NCBI GenBank assembly: GCA_964016885.1
Contig: OZ024742.1
Coordinates: forward strand, 335,792,001 to 335,856,000
Reading direction: 5' to 3'
DNA from: Eledone cirrhosa
Taxonomy: Eukaryota
Length of the DNA: 64,000 nucleotides
The first letter of the stretch is position 1. Each line of letters begins with the position of its first letter. Positions 42,941 through 55,607 of this stretch are shown here, one piece after another. The notes beneath the pieces were generated by a model. That model saw nothing but the letters and a program-made list of their open reading frames with translations, was not told where the DNA came from and made no database searches. The translations under genes and the position numbers were made by a program.

Positions 42941-43000
42941 TTTATTGGCTAACAATGTTTCTTCCTTACGTGTAACCGTAGGTTTCGTCAGAGCTATAAA
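42941..43000 (-). ncRNA. Type I hammerhead
   Basis: tttatagct CTGACGA aa-cct-acg-gttaca-cgt-a-agg-aa GAAA cattg TT agccaataaa; in a 140-bp insert between (TA)n tracts. Confidence 0.65.
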
Positions 43001-43067
43001 AGGGGCTTGATTGGTGTTATGGACTCTACCAACCAAACACCCATATATATACATATATATATATACT

Positions 43068-43158
<91 letters not shown>

Positions 43159-43574
43159 TTACATACATATATATATATAATACACACATAGATATTGAGA
43201 AAGAGAGGGAGAGGAAGACAGAGAGAAAAAGAAAGGTAAAAAAAGACACATACATACACACAAATATATAGTACATGTGTTAAGAAGAAGAAATAAAGAA
43301 TTCTCAACCATGCCGAGTGCCGTCTAAGCCATTAGTTTCTATTTGCCTATATCACATCTCACCACCAATACACCAATATACATAACATATTATGTTCCTG
43401 CTCTCTATATATATCTCCAATATAACTGTTGCCGTCACATAATTAGTCAACCATACCAACTCTAGTGACTATCCACATTAATAATTCATACGCTGTTCTC
43501 TATAGTCAATCTGTAAGTGATTTTACACAGACAGTCGTCAATCTGAAATTTACATAGTTTTCAGAATTATTTAA

Positions 43575-43860
43575 GGCGGCGAATTGGCAGAGTCGTTAGA
43601 ACGTCGGATAGAATGTTTTGTGGTATTCGTTCTGGTTCTCTGCAATCTAAGATCGGAGATCAATAACAAATATCTGTCGAGTAATGAGAACGTTTCTTTC
43701 TCTTTTTCCCCACTCCTCTATTTTTTTCTGTGTCTGGAAGAGATTGACTGTGTTTAGACCGGGAGAGGGATGGGCTCCGCCAGGTTTACAATGCCCATGC
43801 TATGCCATATGTCAATAAGGCCTCTCTACGAATCTATCAGAAGCTACAGGTTTATACATA
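43575..43860 (+). mobile_element. SINE family A variant, alternative tail, decayed
   Basis: Head ggcggcgaattggcagagtcgttagaacgtcgg; tail as at 26345. A further decayed copy lies at about 44200-44540. Confidence 0.6.
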
Positions 43861-44374
43861 CTCTCACCAACAGCCAGACAAGTTTCGGTTTCAGTTATCA
43901 ACGTAACGCTCAGCTTCGGCCTTTCAAAACTATGAAATGTAAGTGAAATATAAGCATGTAACGACAACGTCTCTACAACCCCACCGAGAATTACGAGTTC
44001 ATACATTCAGAATTATTTAAATAACTAGGCTTAGGCCGTCGCCCGGTTTAACATCATCACCTGGCTGTTTGGTTTTCAACTTTGAGTACATTTCCTTTCC
44101 TCTTTCCAAATAGTTTCGGAGGCTCTGAAAAACAAAAAGTCATGGGTGGTGCCTTTCCTCCTTTCTAAGCGAAATAAAGAATTACATGTTGCGTAGCAAC
44201 TTAATTGGCAGAGTCGTTAGAACGTCGATTTGAATGTTTTTTTACAGTATTCGTTTTAGCTGTATGTGCTTTGAGTTCTAATCCAGCTGAGGTCAACTTT
44301 GCCCTTCTTTTTTTCGATGTAGGTAAAAATGTACCAGACTAATATTTGGGTCAAGTTTTCCTTTGTATCTCTCA

Positions 44375-44443
<69 letters not shown>

Positions 44444-45437
44444 TCCCTGCCCCTCTCTTTTTCTTTGGGAAAAGTTGAACGAGATTCACCAGGCTAAAAA
44501 TGCTCAAGACAGCATCCCTACGACACCGTCAGGAGTTATGGAGCCACCCATCCATCCATCCATATATATATATATATATATATTGTATAGTTAGAGATAT
44601 GTTGAATGGCTAGATATAGCTGTTGAAAAAGTTAGGTATATTGTGTATAGTTAGTCACACTTGAGACCTCCAATGTCCTCAGGCCCAGGATTGCTGTTTT
44701 CCTCTACCAAAATCGGGACGAGGACATTCCGCCCGAGCACGGAATCCTTTAAGGTGAAATGACTGATGCAGTGGCTATCGCTGGCTGTTCTCTTTCATAA
44801 TACTTTCACATGTTGTATAGTTCAATATATATGTTGTATAATTAGAAATATATTCTACAGTAAAATATGTGTGTACATATGAAATCTATTTACATCATAA
44901 TTGACTGTACCGCTACAAGTAAAGAAGTTACAGTATGCTATATACATACACCAGACCCATACAATAGTTTTGGCCAATCGCTAAAGGGCTGGAAGTGTGA
45001 TGGGGGGGGGGGACTGGATGACTTTGCACTCAGTGTTACAATGGCGGAATCTTAGTTTTAGATTTATAAAAAGCGTCCTGAATTACGTTTCATGCGAATT
45101 AGAATATCCCTGCTGAATGTTCCGTAGCTTTAACTCAATCACCAACCCACCCCACCGAGCTAACACCAAACTCTGACCACGGGGCTGTTATAGTGTTTCA
45201 GCGGATAATTGGAGAGGTACTTCTGTTCAAATAGACGGACTCTACCTACCCATGGCGTCTATTTATAATGAGGTGTACATGAGTCGCGAGTATTTGAACT
45301 TATTGTTAAGTCGATGGACACAACACAGAACCAGCTTGCAGTGGACTTTACTCACACATACACACTCTTATACATGTATACATACAGTCACACACTTACA
45401 TATACATTATATCCGTGTGTGTATGCGATGTATGTAT

Positions 45438-45495
<58 letters not shown>

Positions 45496-45809
45496 TCACG
45501 TATGAGTCATTAACCCGCTGCTCTTTTGAACTATATAAAAAACAGACATCTTCATCAATTATTAACGATAGTTTATTAAGAAATTAGAAATTAGTTCGAA
45601 CACACACACAAAACATCCATGCCGACACACACACACACAAACATCCATACCGACACACACACACACAAACATCCATTCCAACACACACACATACACACAC
45701 ATACTCATTTAAATAGAACACGCGTACACAAACCTTTACATATGCGCACATATATATAGGTACATGTATATTCTTGGGAGAGGCGGGATTAATGATATTA
45801 ACAACAAGA

Positions 45810-45827
45810 ATAGTAGTGGTGGCGGCG

Positions 45828-45888
<61 letters not shown>

Positions 45889-45940
45889 CAGTAGCAGTAG
45901 TAGTAGCAGTAGTAGTAGCATCAGCAGCAGTAGTAGTGGT
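45810..45940. repeat. (TAG)n/(CAG)n microsatellite
   Basis: Direct reading. Confidence 0.9.
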
Positions 45941-46434
45941 GATAATAGTCAAGATAACGTCGTTCTGAACAAGGCCATTGTTTTTTAAAATGTCACCATT
46001 GAACATCAAATTATTGTGTTTGTTGTCGACTTGTTAAGTAAACAAAAGACATAAGTTCATAACAGGAATTTTTAAACTATCGCCCGCTTTTCATTGAAAT
46101 CCCCATTGCAGTATAATGTCTAACTGTTTGTCTAGAAGTTCGTTACACTATGCACCTCCTCGGTTTATTAGGGTTTGAACCCTACGACAGACACACAATT
46201 AGTACTATATAGATCAGAGGTTCCCTCTAAACATTTTGAGGGGCTATAATCCCCTTTTCAGAAAATATAATTCTTCAGCATCCCCGCCCATCCCACTGTA
46301 AAGGTCATAACAAATATATAAAAAGTATATACATTAAAAATTAAATTTTAATAATTTTTATATTTTATTTCAGCTTTTATTGAAAAACTAAAGGTCACAA
46401 TTTTATGAGCAACTACTAATGTGTATTTGTATTC

Positions 46435-46880
46435 TAAATACCGGGACTTGACTGTTCGCTTCCTTTTTATGCTGGTCGCCGTCGAGACCTTTGGTGTCCT
46501 CTGTCCCCAGATGGCCGATTTCCTCTGCAAAAATGGGAAGAGTGCATCTCGCCTGTGAATGGAGCCCCGTGAAGTGGAGTGGCTGATGCAGCGGGTATCG
46601 CTGTCAGTTTTCTGTGGCAATGTCACCACTACTCTGTTTGCGGGGTGTAGCTGCTATATACCACCTAGACTGGGGTATAGGGTCTGCTGCATCCACCTCT
46701 TCCTCTTACTTTCATTATTTAATATTTTTATTCTTTTATTGCAAACATTTAATTACAATTTCTTATTCATTGTCAAATATGTATCAATTTCCCTTTTCCT
46801 CCTCCACCAGTCCTTGTTTACTGCCGGCCCATATCATCCCTTGCCTTCCACTGCCCCGTTTGAATCTCTAAACGTTTGAA
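46435..46880 (+). pseudogene. CRE-clade non-LTR retrotransposon 3' remnant
   Basis: KYRDL..FLFMLVAVETFG...DFL...EPREVEWLMQRVSLSVFCGN matches the P.AVET.G...DPR...FL.QRLS.AIQRGN signature. Confidence 0.75.
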
Positions 46881-47295
46881 AGAAGTGGAAATGTCCAAAT
46901 TGGGAACTGTTAGTCGAGATAACCCGTGGGTCGTATTATGTCTGTTATTGTGGTGTGTCCTCGCGGGAAACAATTACCTCTGGCAACGACTGAATCCAGT
47001 TTACTGTAAGCAGGGTTGACACATTAGGTTTAACTTTTAAAGGCAAACAATGCTATTGAATATCATATTTAATTATGAATTAAGTAAATTAGGACAGACA
47101 GACACTCCTTACATTTTTCAAAGATTTTTTGAGGGTGAAGTGTGGTGAGAAGAGTACTATCCTATATACCCGAGGTTCATTTGCTATGGCCGAGCAAGCT
47201 GTGTGCACCTGTGTATACATTTATAAGTAAACTTTACGGAATCTGTACTGAAGTCTTACATATTATACATTTACACATGCACACACACACACTTA

Positions 47296-48100
47296 TACGA
47301 GGTGTATCAAATAAAGAAAAAGGACTGGGATCGTAAAAAAATATTTCAAATGCAAACTACAAACTCGAAATAATCCTAAAGCACTTTACCTTCCTTCTCC
47401 CCCACGCCTCCATGCACTCTTAGAAGGATTTTCTCGGGATTCTCTGTAGTTCCGTCGTCACGGCCCACTTGATTCGCTTCTACGCCCGGAAAACGGCTAC
47501 CCTTGATGACCCTCTTAAGCTTGGGGGAAAAGGAAAGGGTATCCTGAGGCTCGAGGATGTCCCGACACACATGCATGCGCCGCTCCTTCTGGTCATCATT
47601 CAGAAGATTCGGCACCATCTTTGCGCTGATCTTCCGCATGCCCAAATCATCGGTGATAATCTTCCAAATGCTATCGCGGTTCATGCCCAGCTTACTTGCG
47701 ATCAGTTGAACAATCAGCCAATGATCGCCATGCACCACCTGATTCATTCAGTCAACGTTGGTCTCAGTCCTTTTCGTTGAAGGACTTCAACTGGTATCGT
47801 CTTCCACACCTTACGTCCCTCTTTGAAACTTCTGTGCCACTCGTCTCATCTCCGTACACATGCTGCAGTATTCTCAGTGTTTCTGACAGAGTTTTCCCCG
47901 GTTAGACCAGAAACTTCAGGTTGGTTCGTTGTTCTGTGTCCATTGCACGACGAAAATAAATACAATGGCTGCATAGAGCTGAAATCGCAATTGTATATTT
48001 CACAGATGTTACACCAAACGGTGACGCAACTCGTTATCTCTACCAAGCTAATAACAAACACATCACACTAAGTCCTATTACTTATCTGACACTCTTCATA
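47296..48100 (-). mobile_element. Internally deleted mariner element with transposase pseudogene
   Basis: IWKIITDDLGMRKISAKMVPNLLNDDQKERRMHVC...PKLKRVIKGSRF; decayed TIRs; TA TSD. Confidence 0.85.
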
Positions 48101-48272
48101 TATAAATATACAAAAAAATATTTCCATGTATAAATATATATACGAGATCATTAGAATAAAACAGAAAACATTTCCGTGGCAAGGATGTGGTTACACAGTT
48201 TTATCTCTTCCAAAAACTACTGCTACAAGGAAGAAAAAGAAGAAGAAGAAGAAGAAGAAGAAGAAGAAGAAG

Positions 48273-48304
<32 letters not shown>

Positions 48305-48407
48305 GACAGCTTGAGCATATTAAGGAATTATTACATTAAACATCCTTTTCCTATACACAGTCATATTTGACAGGTAGTATGATATATATATATACACATA
48401 TATATGC

Positions 48408-48510
<103 letters not shown>

Positions 48511-48517
48511 TATATAC

Positions 48518-48622
<105 letters not shown>

Positions 48623-48644
48623 TATATATGTGTATATATATAGA

Positions 48645-48995
48645 AAAAAAGATGAAATCGAAAATGCAACTGGAGTCTTATTTAAAAAAATATATATATA
48701 TTTATTTGGTTCCTTTACAGGTTTAGCAGTTCTTCTGCTTTTCAAAAGTAGAGTTGAGATGGAGGGTCTGTGGTTTTTCTCCCATCTGATGTGAGAAAAA
48801 CCCTCCATCTCAACTCTACTGTTGAAAAGCAGAAGAACTGCTAAACCTGTAAAGGAACCAAATAAATATATATATATTTTTTTAAATAAGACTCCAGTTT
48901 TCGATTTCATCCTTTTTCAATTTCATCTTTTTTTCTTTATACTTTCACTCGTGTAGGACACCTCGGTTATTTTTCATTTTGTAAAAAAAACCTCA
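48645..48995. mobile_element. Foldback element (arms about 48650-48912), same family as 23765-24105; both HHR copies have GAAA changed to TAAA
   Basis: tactt TTGAAAA gcag-aagaa-ctgc TAAA cctg TA aagga on the minus strand (48711-48750) and its mirror at 48817-48856; shared tail tatacttt.ac.c.tgtagg.ca. Confidence 0.8.
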
Positions 48996-49007
48996 CTTTC
49001 TAATATA

Positions 49008-49048
<41 letters not shown>

Positions 49049-49247
49049 TAGAAAGTGAGTTTTTTTTTACAAAATGAAAATATGTGCGTGCATGTATGTA
49101 TATAATTATATATAAATATAATATATATAAATGCATATATATATGCATATATATGCATTTATATATATTATATTTATATATAATTATATACATACATGCA
49201 CGCACATATATAGATAGGTATAAACACATATAGGTACACACATACGC

Positions 49248-49280
<33 letters not shown>

Positions 49281-49780
49281 TATATACATGTACGAATCAA
49301 CCCCCAATTATGCTATCAACTCTCACTTTAAATAAGCAGTGAGACTGAAGTATTGTATCGCGATATCTATGTGACACAAACAATTCCACTTTGTCAAAAT
49401 GAACGCCACGAGATTATCCTAGAAATGTTTATAGCTGAACGAACAGATGAGAAATATGGAATGAAAATAACCATTAAACGTCAGAACAATTCCATTTATC
49501 CGTCCTTGCTTGCATTCTTTCACTGTTGCTTGATCCATTCAGAAACGTCTTCTTTCCTGACAGAACTCCAGCAACGAAGAATAATCTACTGTTTAAAGAT
49601 GGTGAACGGACACTCTGAAAATAAATAATTATATCTGGAATGGAAAAATAGGAAGCAGGAAGGAAGTAACAGTTTAGGGTGAAGTCATATACAACCAAGG
49701 TCATATGTTTGTAACTTTTATGGTGCAGGTTTACACTCACAAGCACACATATATGCCCATACACACTCTTTTATACACAA

Positions 49781-49812
<32 letters not shown>

Positions 49813-50045
49813 TCAAAGTAGGAGGCACACAGGACAAAGACAATGGAAAAAACAAACGGAAATATGGACAGTCACATCTCCCTAGTCAACCTCTGGAAAT
49901 CCCTAGGTTTCGGTAAAAATTTAGTTTGTTACCGGCCGTTCCAGTGCATATTGGAACATAACAACACACATATACACACATACACATACAAACATATGTA
50001 TATTTATATATCCATACACACACACACCCACATACACACACACAA

Positions 50046-50111
<66 letters not shown>

Positions 50112-51793
50112 GGTTTAAGGATACTATTTATGGTTATGTATATACTAAAACCTTTTATAGTTATATATATTTTAAACCCTACACAGTGATAGACAGTAAT
50201 GTATTACTACCTTATTACCAGTAAGATAAATAGCTCAATGTAATAACATCAGTTGTTCTACAGAGCAGTTATATAGGAATTACATGAATCAAAGTTCTGT
50301 TCAAATCATTTATTCGCTTACAATTGTTTCTTCCAAACCGAGGTTTGGAGTTTCGGAGCAATTTTTCAATGATTGTTTACATACATGACCTCCTTTTCAA
50401 CACAAGAGACATAGAGAAACATATGTATATATTGATGCACAGTGGGTTGACATCCATTATAATATTTAAGAATGGCAGTTTACATTCAAAGATTAAAGTC
50501 ATATTAAAAGAAAATTACAACAGAATTAAAGTTATAATACAACATTGGCAGTTTACGAAGAAGATGCAGGAGGATAGTTAGAAGAAGTTAGTTACACGTG
50601 GGGCATGCACGTGTGTCCTATTTATATAAGATTATAGTGCGGTAAGGTGTTATATGGAATATAAACACTTTAAGCGGGCAATCAAGAGTATTATGGGGGT
50701 TGTATATTATTTTATATGTATGATATAGAAGCTTGTGTGCAGAGAAATATTTAAGAATGAGAAGCAAAACAGTGTTATGGTTTTTCGTATAGCCCCACCA
50801 TTTTCACAATCCAGGAAAGGTAATATATAGATTATATGTCCTTCACATAATCTACGATGATTCAATATTGGATGCTTGATGAATTAGGTTGGAATATTAC
50901 AGCTTGTTGTTCTTTATTCCAATATTATAGAGCAGGTTGTTTTTGTTGCGAGGCTAAACATCGTATTATTTTCCGGAAGTGTGTGTGTGATTAAGGGGAG
51001 TTAATGCGTGAGGGGAGGTAACTAGCTGATTTCTATAACTAAAATTTATTATCCTAATGTACAATAAATGGTGTCACACATGAGTCCCTAACATATAGGT
51101 TATAAACAGTTTCTAAGTATAAGTATCCTATCATTAAATTACAGTCTAGTCTATTAAGAAGTACTAAAGGTGTTCATATTAGGATGATTATCCTCTATCA
51201 TAGAGTGCCACAACTGAATATTCTACATGAAGAGTCAGATCCTCAAATCAATGATCTTTGTAAGTGTAGTATACCCGCAGAACCTGGCAGGGTTTTATTA
51301 TAATCACTTCTATATATAACTCCCGGTAAGCTCTGGGTCAGTGCATGACTGATTGCATGGCAAAGTTAAATATCACTAGGGTAGACCAGAGATCAATTCT
51401 CACTCACAATGTCACCAATCCGACCATCAAGTCATACATGTATGTACAACTCATATATCACTTGTACATAATTCATTGTACCCAGCATATAGGTTATATA
51501 GTTCTTTTATGTCAATAAATTATCCAATGATGGCACTCCATACACAGAACAACATTAGCACAACCCATTCAGTGTTTAAAGTTTACATTAATTATATAGT
51601 GGTGTAATGTAGTCTAAGTAATTGAAGGCAATTATACCAAAAGCAGATGTACATGGGGATAACTCTAGGGTAAAATGTTCTAGAAGGAAGTCACTATTTG
51701 TGTTAATGTGGATCATTGAGTGTGGAGATGTGGTGTAAGGTGTGCCCTTGAGGTTTGTTGCTAGAGGTGGTGACGGTTTCAAGTCTGACATTG

Positions 51794-54210
51794 TTATATA
51801 TTGGGTTTAAAGTTTTGGAAGGAGTGTCGGAAGCGGTGCTGGCAAGACGCGAACACTTCTGATATTTATTAAGGATGTTACGGTTTGAGAAGATAATAGT
51901 CTGGGTCTCTAGTAGACAGAGGTTACAAATTTTATTAGGTGGTTTGTACGATGTCGCGTTACCTATCACTTCCCATTTAAGTGTATAAGATTTATTTTTA
52001 GTTTTTAGATAGTGTATGTAGCTAGATAGTAAAGTGGAGTTGGCTAGACTGTGTTTTTTGAAAGAGTGGAGGTGCGAATTGTATCTAGTTTTGAAGCAGT
52101 TTGAAGTAGAGCCTATATATGTTTCAGAAAAGTTGCTAGTTGTGACGGTGCATGAGTATATTATATCCTTGATTAAGCATTTTTTATCTAAAGGGCAGGT
52201 TCTATTTGATCTACAGTTACAATTATTCTGGGTGTTAGTCTGCCGGTTATTCTGTTGTGTAGAAGTCCGGATGGTAGCTATAGGATTATGGTTATCGGGG
52301 TTGATGTTCCCAGCGTTATTGCTTACACTAGTGCTATTACTATTATTACTATTGTTATTAGGGTTAGTTGATATAATGTTATTATGAAGGTTTATCGCCT
52401 GTTGTGATTTAGTTTGTTGGAAGTAAGAATTAATTTTTCTTTTATTGCTACTAGCTATGTGGTATGCTATGTTAGGCGTAGTAGAGTAGGAGATTTTAAT
52501 GGTGTTTTTGTTTAAAAAGCTATGGTACATTGTGGCCAGATGGGAAGTTTTTATCTAGGAGTGAGAAGAAAGCTCTAGGTAGGTTGGTAGAGATGTTTAG
52601 ATTGAAAGGAGGGTTGAAAAATCTATTATTTCTTCTTCTATTTTTGTTTTTTATGCCTGGTGAGTTGTTTCCTTTTATGGTACTATGGTAATTTCTGTGG
52701 TGTGGGTTACTTTTGTTGGCATCCACCGTATTAGTGTGTGTGTGGTTGCTATTCTTATTACTAAATTTCCACATGGACATATTGTGCGAAATAATGTTGT
52801 AGCTATGTGTTTTTGTAGGTAGGAAGTCTATCTCTATATTATGGCCTGATCTAGCTAATGCCTGATTATAATATTGCGAGTTTTTGCTAAATATGTTTAT
52901 GTCATATGATAGATTAGAGATTCTATTGGATACTCCCTTAGAGATAGAGTTTAATATTGATCTAGGGTGGTTAGACTTTGTATCTACGTAAATGAGTTTT
53001 TCGTTAGGTTTATGGAAAGGTGTATATATATTTGAGTCTAGGTAGAGGGTGGCGTCCAGGAAGTTAACGTTTTTAGTGTTTTTGTCCATGGTGATACTAA
53101 GGTTATAGTTTTTGAATGTCTTGTGCAATAGTTTTCTAGTTCTTTCTATATTGAATTTTTTATAGTCTATAAGTAGAAGTGCATCATCGCGGTACAAACC
53201 ACCGTTGATGTATGGAAGGTCTTTATGGATTTCGTTAAGTAAATATAGGCCGACCAAATCAGTGACCTGCGTCGAGTCACTAGATCCCATGGTTATGTCG
53301 AAGTTGTTTTGCGTATCTTTGCGGGTCCATAATTGGTCTTCAAAGGTGATTACAGTTTTACGGGCCGCAAGTATGACATCAATCTGGGGTCTAGTCAGGT
53401 CACTATTGTCCATGGCCATGATTAGTGCCTTATTTAATAGGATAGGGGAAATAGAGGTGTAGTATGAATTGATATCAAATTGAATATATTTTTTATCCTT
53501 GTTATCCTTGATATCTTTGAACCATTCAATAACTTCACCCGTATTTCCCCATTGTTTAAGGTATATCTTGTGTTTAATCTGTGGGATGATTTTGTCTAAA
53601 ATGTTCTTACTGATAATGCCAATGTCAGACTTGGAAGGGCAGATAAGCCTAATCGAGGGGTTGCTAATGAAGTCCTCCTTATGGTCCTTCAGAGAGAATC
53701 TGGGGGGGGGGGGTATATGGTTGTGTATGTCTCTGAAGTCCTAGTTTGGACACTATATTATAGCCTTCCATATTAATATCTTCTAAGTTTTTTATAGTAG
53801 TTTTCTTGTAGCTTTTATGTAGTTCATTATATATGAACTTTCTATAAGTGTTATAATCTAGGCTGTATATGTTATTAGTTTTGTCTGCATGTACAATAAT
53901 CTTATTACTAGTTTTGAATTCATTAATAGAGGTGTTAAGTTTGTTTAAGAAGGTGTTGTTTTTATTACGGTGCTTTTTGTATTTAATGTTCTTAACTAGT
54001 TTTATTAGGTCATTTTCAAAGGAGTTTAGTAGTGTGTTATGAGGGGAGCTTCTAAAGGTTTTAAAGCCGAAGGAGTCAAATTTGTTAGTATTATTAACCT
54101 TGTTAGATTTGTTTTTATCATAATGGAATGTCCTCCATCTCACTCTATTGATAAAGGAATTTACACTGTCGATCAATAATTTTTCAAATGTATTCTTGCA
54201 TGGTATTGGT
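51794..54210 (-). pseudogene. Frameshifted Naiad-type RT/GIY-YIG ORF, slightly 5'-truncated
   Basis: RVRWRTF, HADKTNNIY, FDITMGS, GGLYRDDALL, KSNHP, FFNPPF, CNCRSNRTCPL, IIY...YIGST, CNLCLLE; three frameshifts. Confidence 0.9.
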
Positions 54211-55556
54211 TGTTCTGTGTATGGAGTGCCATCATTGGATAATTTATTAACATAAAAGAACTATATAACCTATATGCTGGGTACAATGAATTATGTACAA
54301 GTGATATATGAGTTGTACATACATGTATGACTTGATGGTCGGATTGGTGACATTGTGAGTGAGAATTAATCTCTGGTCTACCCTAGTGATATTTAACTTT
54401 GCCATGCAATCAGTCATGCACTGACCCTTAGCTTACCGGGAGTTATATATAGAAGTGATTATATGTAGAATATTCAGTTGTGGCACTCTATGATAGAGGA
54501 TAATTAAGTACTTCTTAATAGACTAGACTGTAATTTAATGATAGGATACTTATACTTAGAAACTGTTTATAACCTATATGTTAGGGACTCATGTGTGACA
54601 CCATTTATTGTACATTAGGATAATAAATTTTAGTTATAGAAATCAGCTAGTTACCTCCCCTCACGCATTAACTCCCCTTAATCACACACACACTTCCGGA
54701 AAATAATACGATGTTTAGCCTCGCAACAAAAACAACCTGCTATATAATATTGGATTAAAGAACATCAAGCTGTAATATTCCAACCTAATTCATCAAGCAT
54801 CCAATATTGAATCATCGTAGATTATGTGAAGGACATATAATCTATATATTACCTTTCCTGGATTGTGAAAATGGTGGGGTATACGGAAAGCCATAACACT
54901 GTTTTGCTTCTCATTCTTAAATATTTCTCTGCACATAAGCTTCTATATCATACATATAAAATATTATACAACCCCCATAATACTCTTGATTGCCCGCTTA
55001 AAGTGCTTATATTCCATATAACACCTTACCGCACTATAATCGTATATAAATAGGACACACGTGCATGCCCCACGTGTAACTAACTTCTTCTAACTATCCT
55101 CCTGCATCTTCTTCGTAAACTGCCAATGTTGTATTATAACTTTAATTTTGTTGTAATTTTCTTTTAATATGACTTTAATCTTTGAATGTAAACTGCCATG
55201 CTTAAATATTATAATGGATGTCAATCCACTGTGCATCAATATATACATATGTTTCTCTATGTCTCTTGTGTTGAAAAAGGAAGTCATGTATGTAAACAAT
55301 CATTGAAAAATTGCTCCGAAACTCCAAACCTCGGTTTGGAAGACACAATTGTAAGCGAATAAATGATTTGAACAGAAATTTGATTCATGTAATTTCTATA
55401 TAACTGCTCTGTAGAACAACTGATGTTATTACATTGAGCTATTTATCTTACTGGTAATAACGTAGTAACAAATTACTGTCTATCACTGTGTAGGGTTTAA
55501 AATATATATAACTATAAAAGATTTTAGTATATACATAACCATAAATAGTATCCTTA
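54211..55556 (+). repeat. Pseudo-LTR: direct repeat of the element's 3' UTR
   Basis: Matches 58293-59570, with two internal deletions of about 70 and 20 bp near 54465 and 54505. Confidence 0.9.
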
Positions 55557-55607
55557 ATACTATTAACTGCTCCATACTGTTGAGCTGACATACAATAAAT
55601 TACCAGT

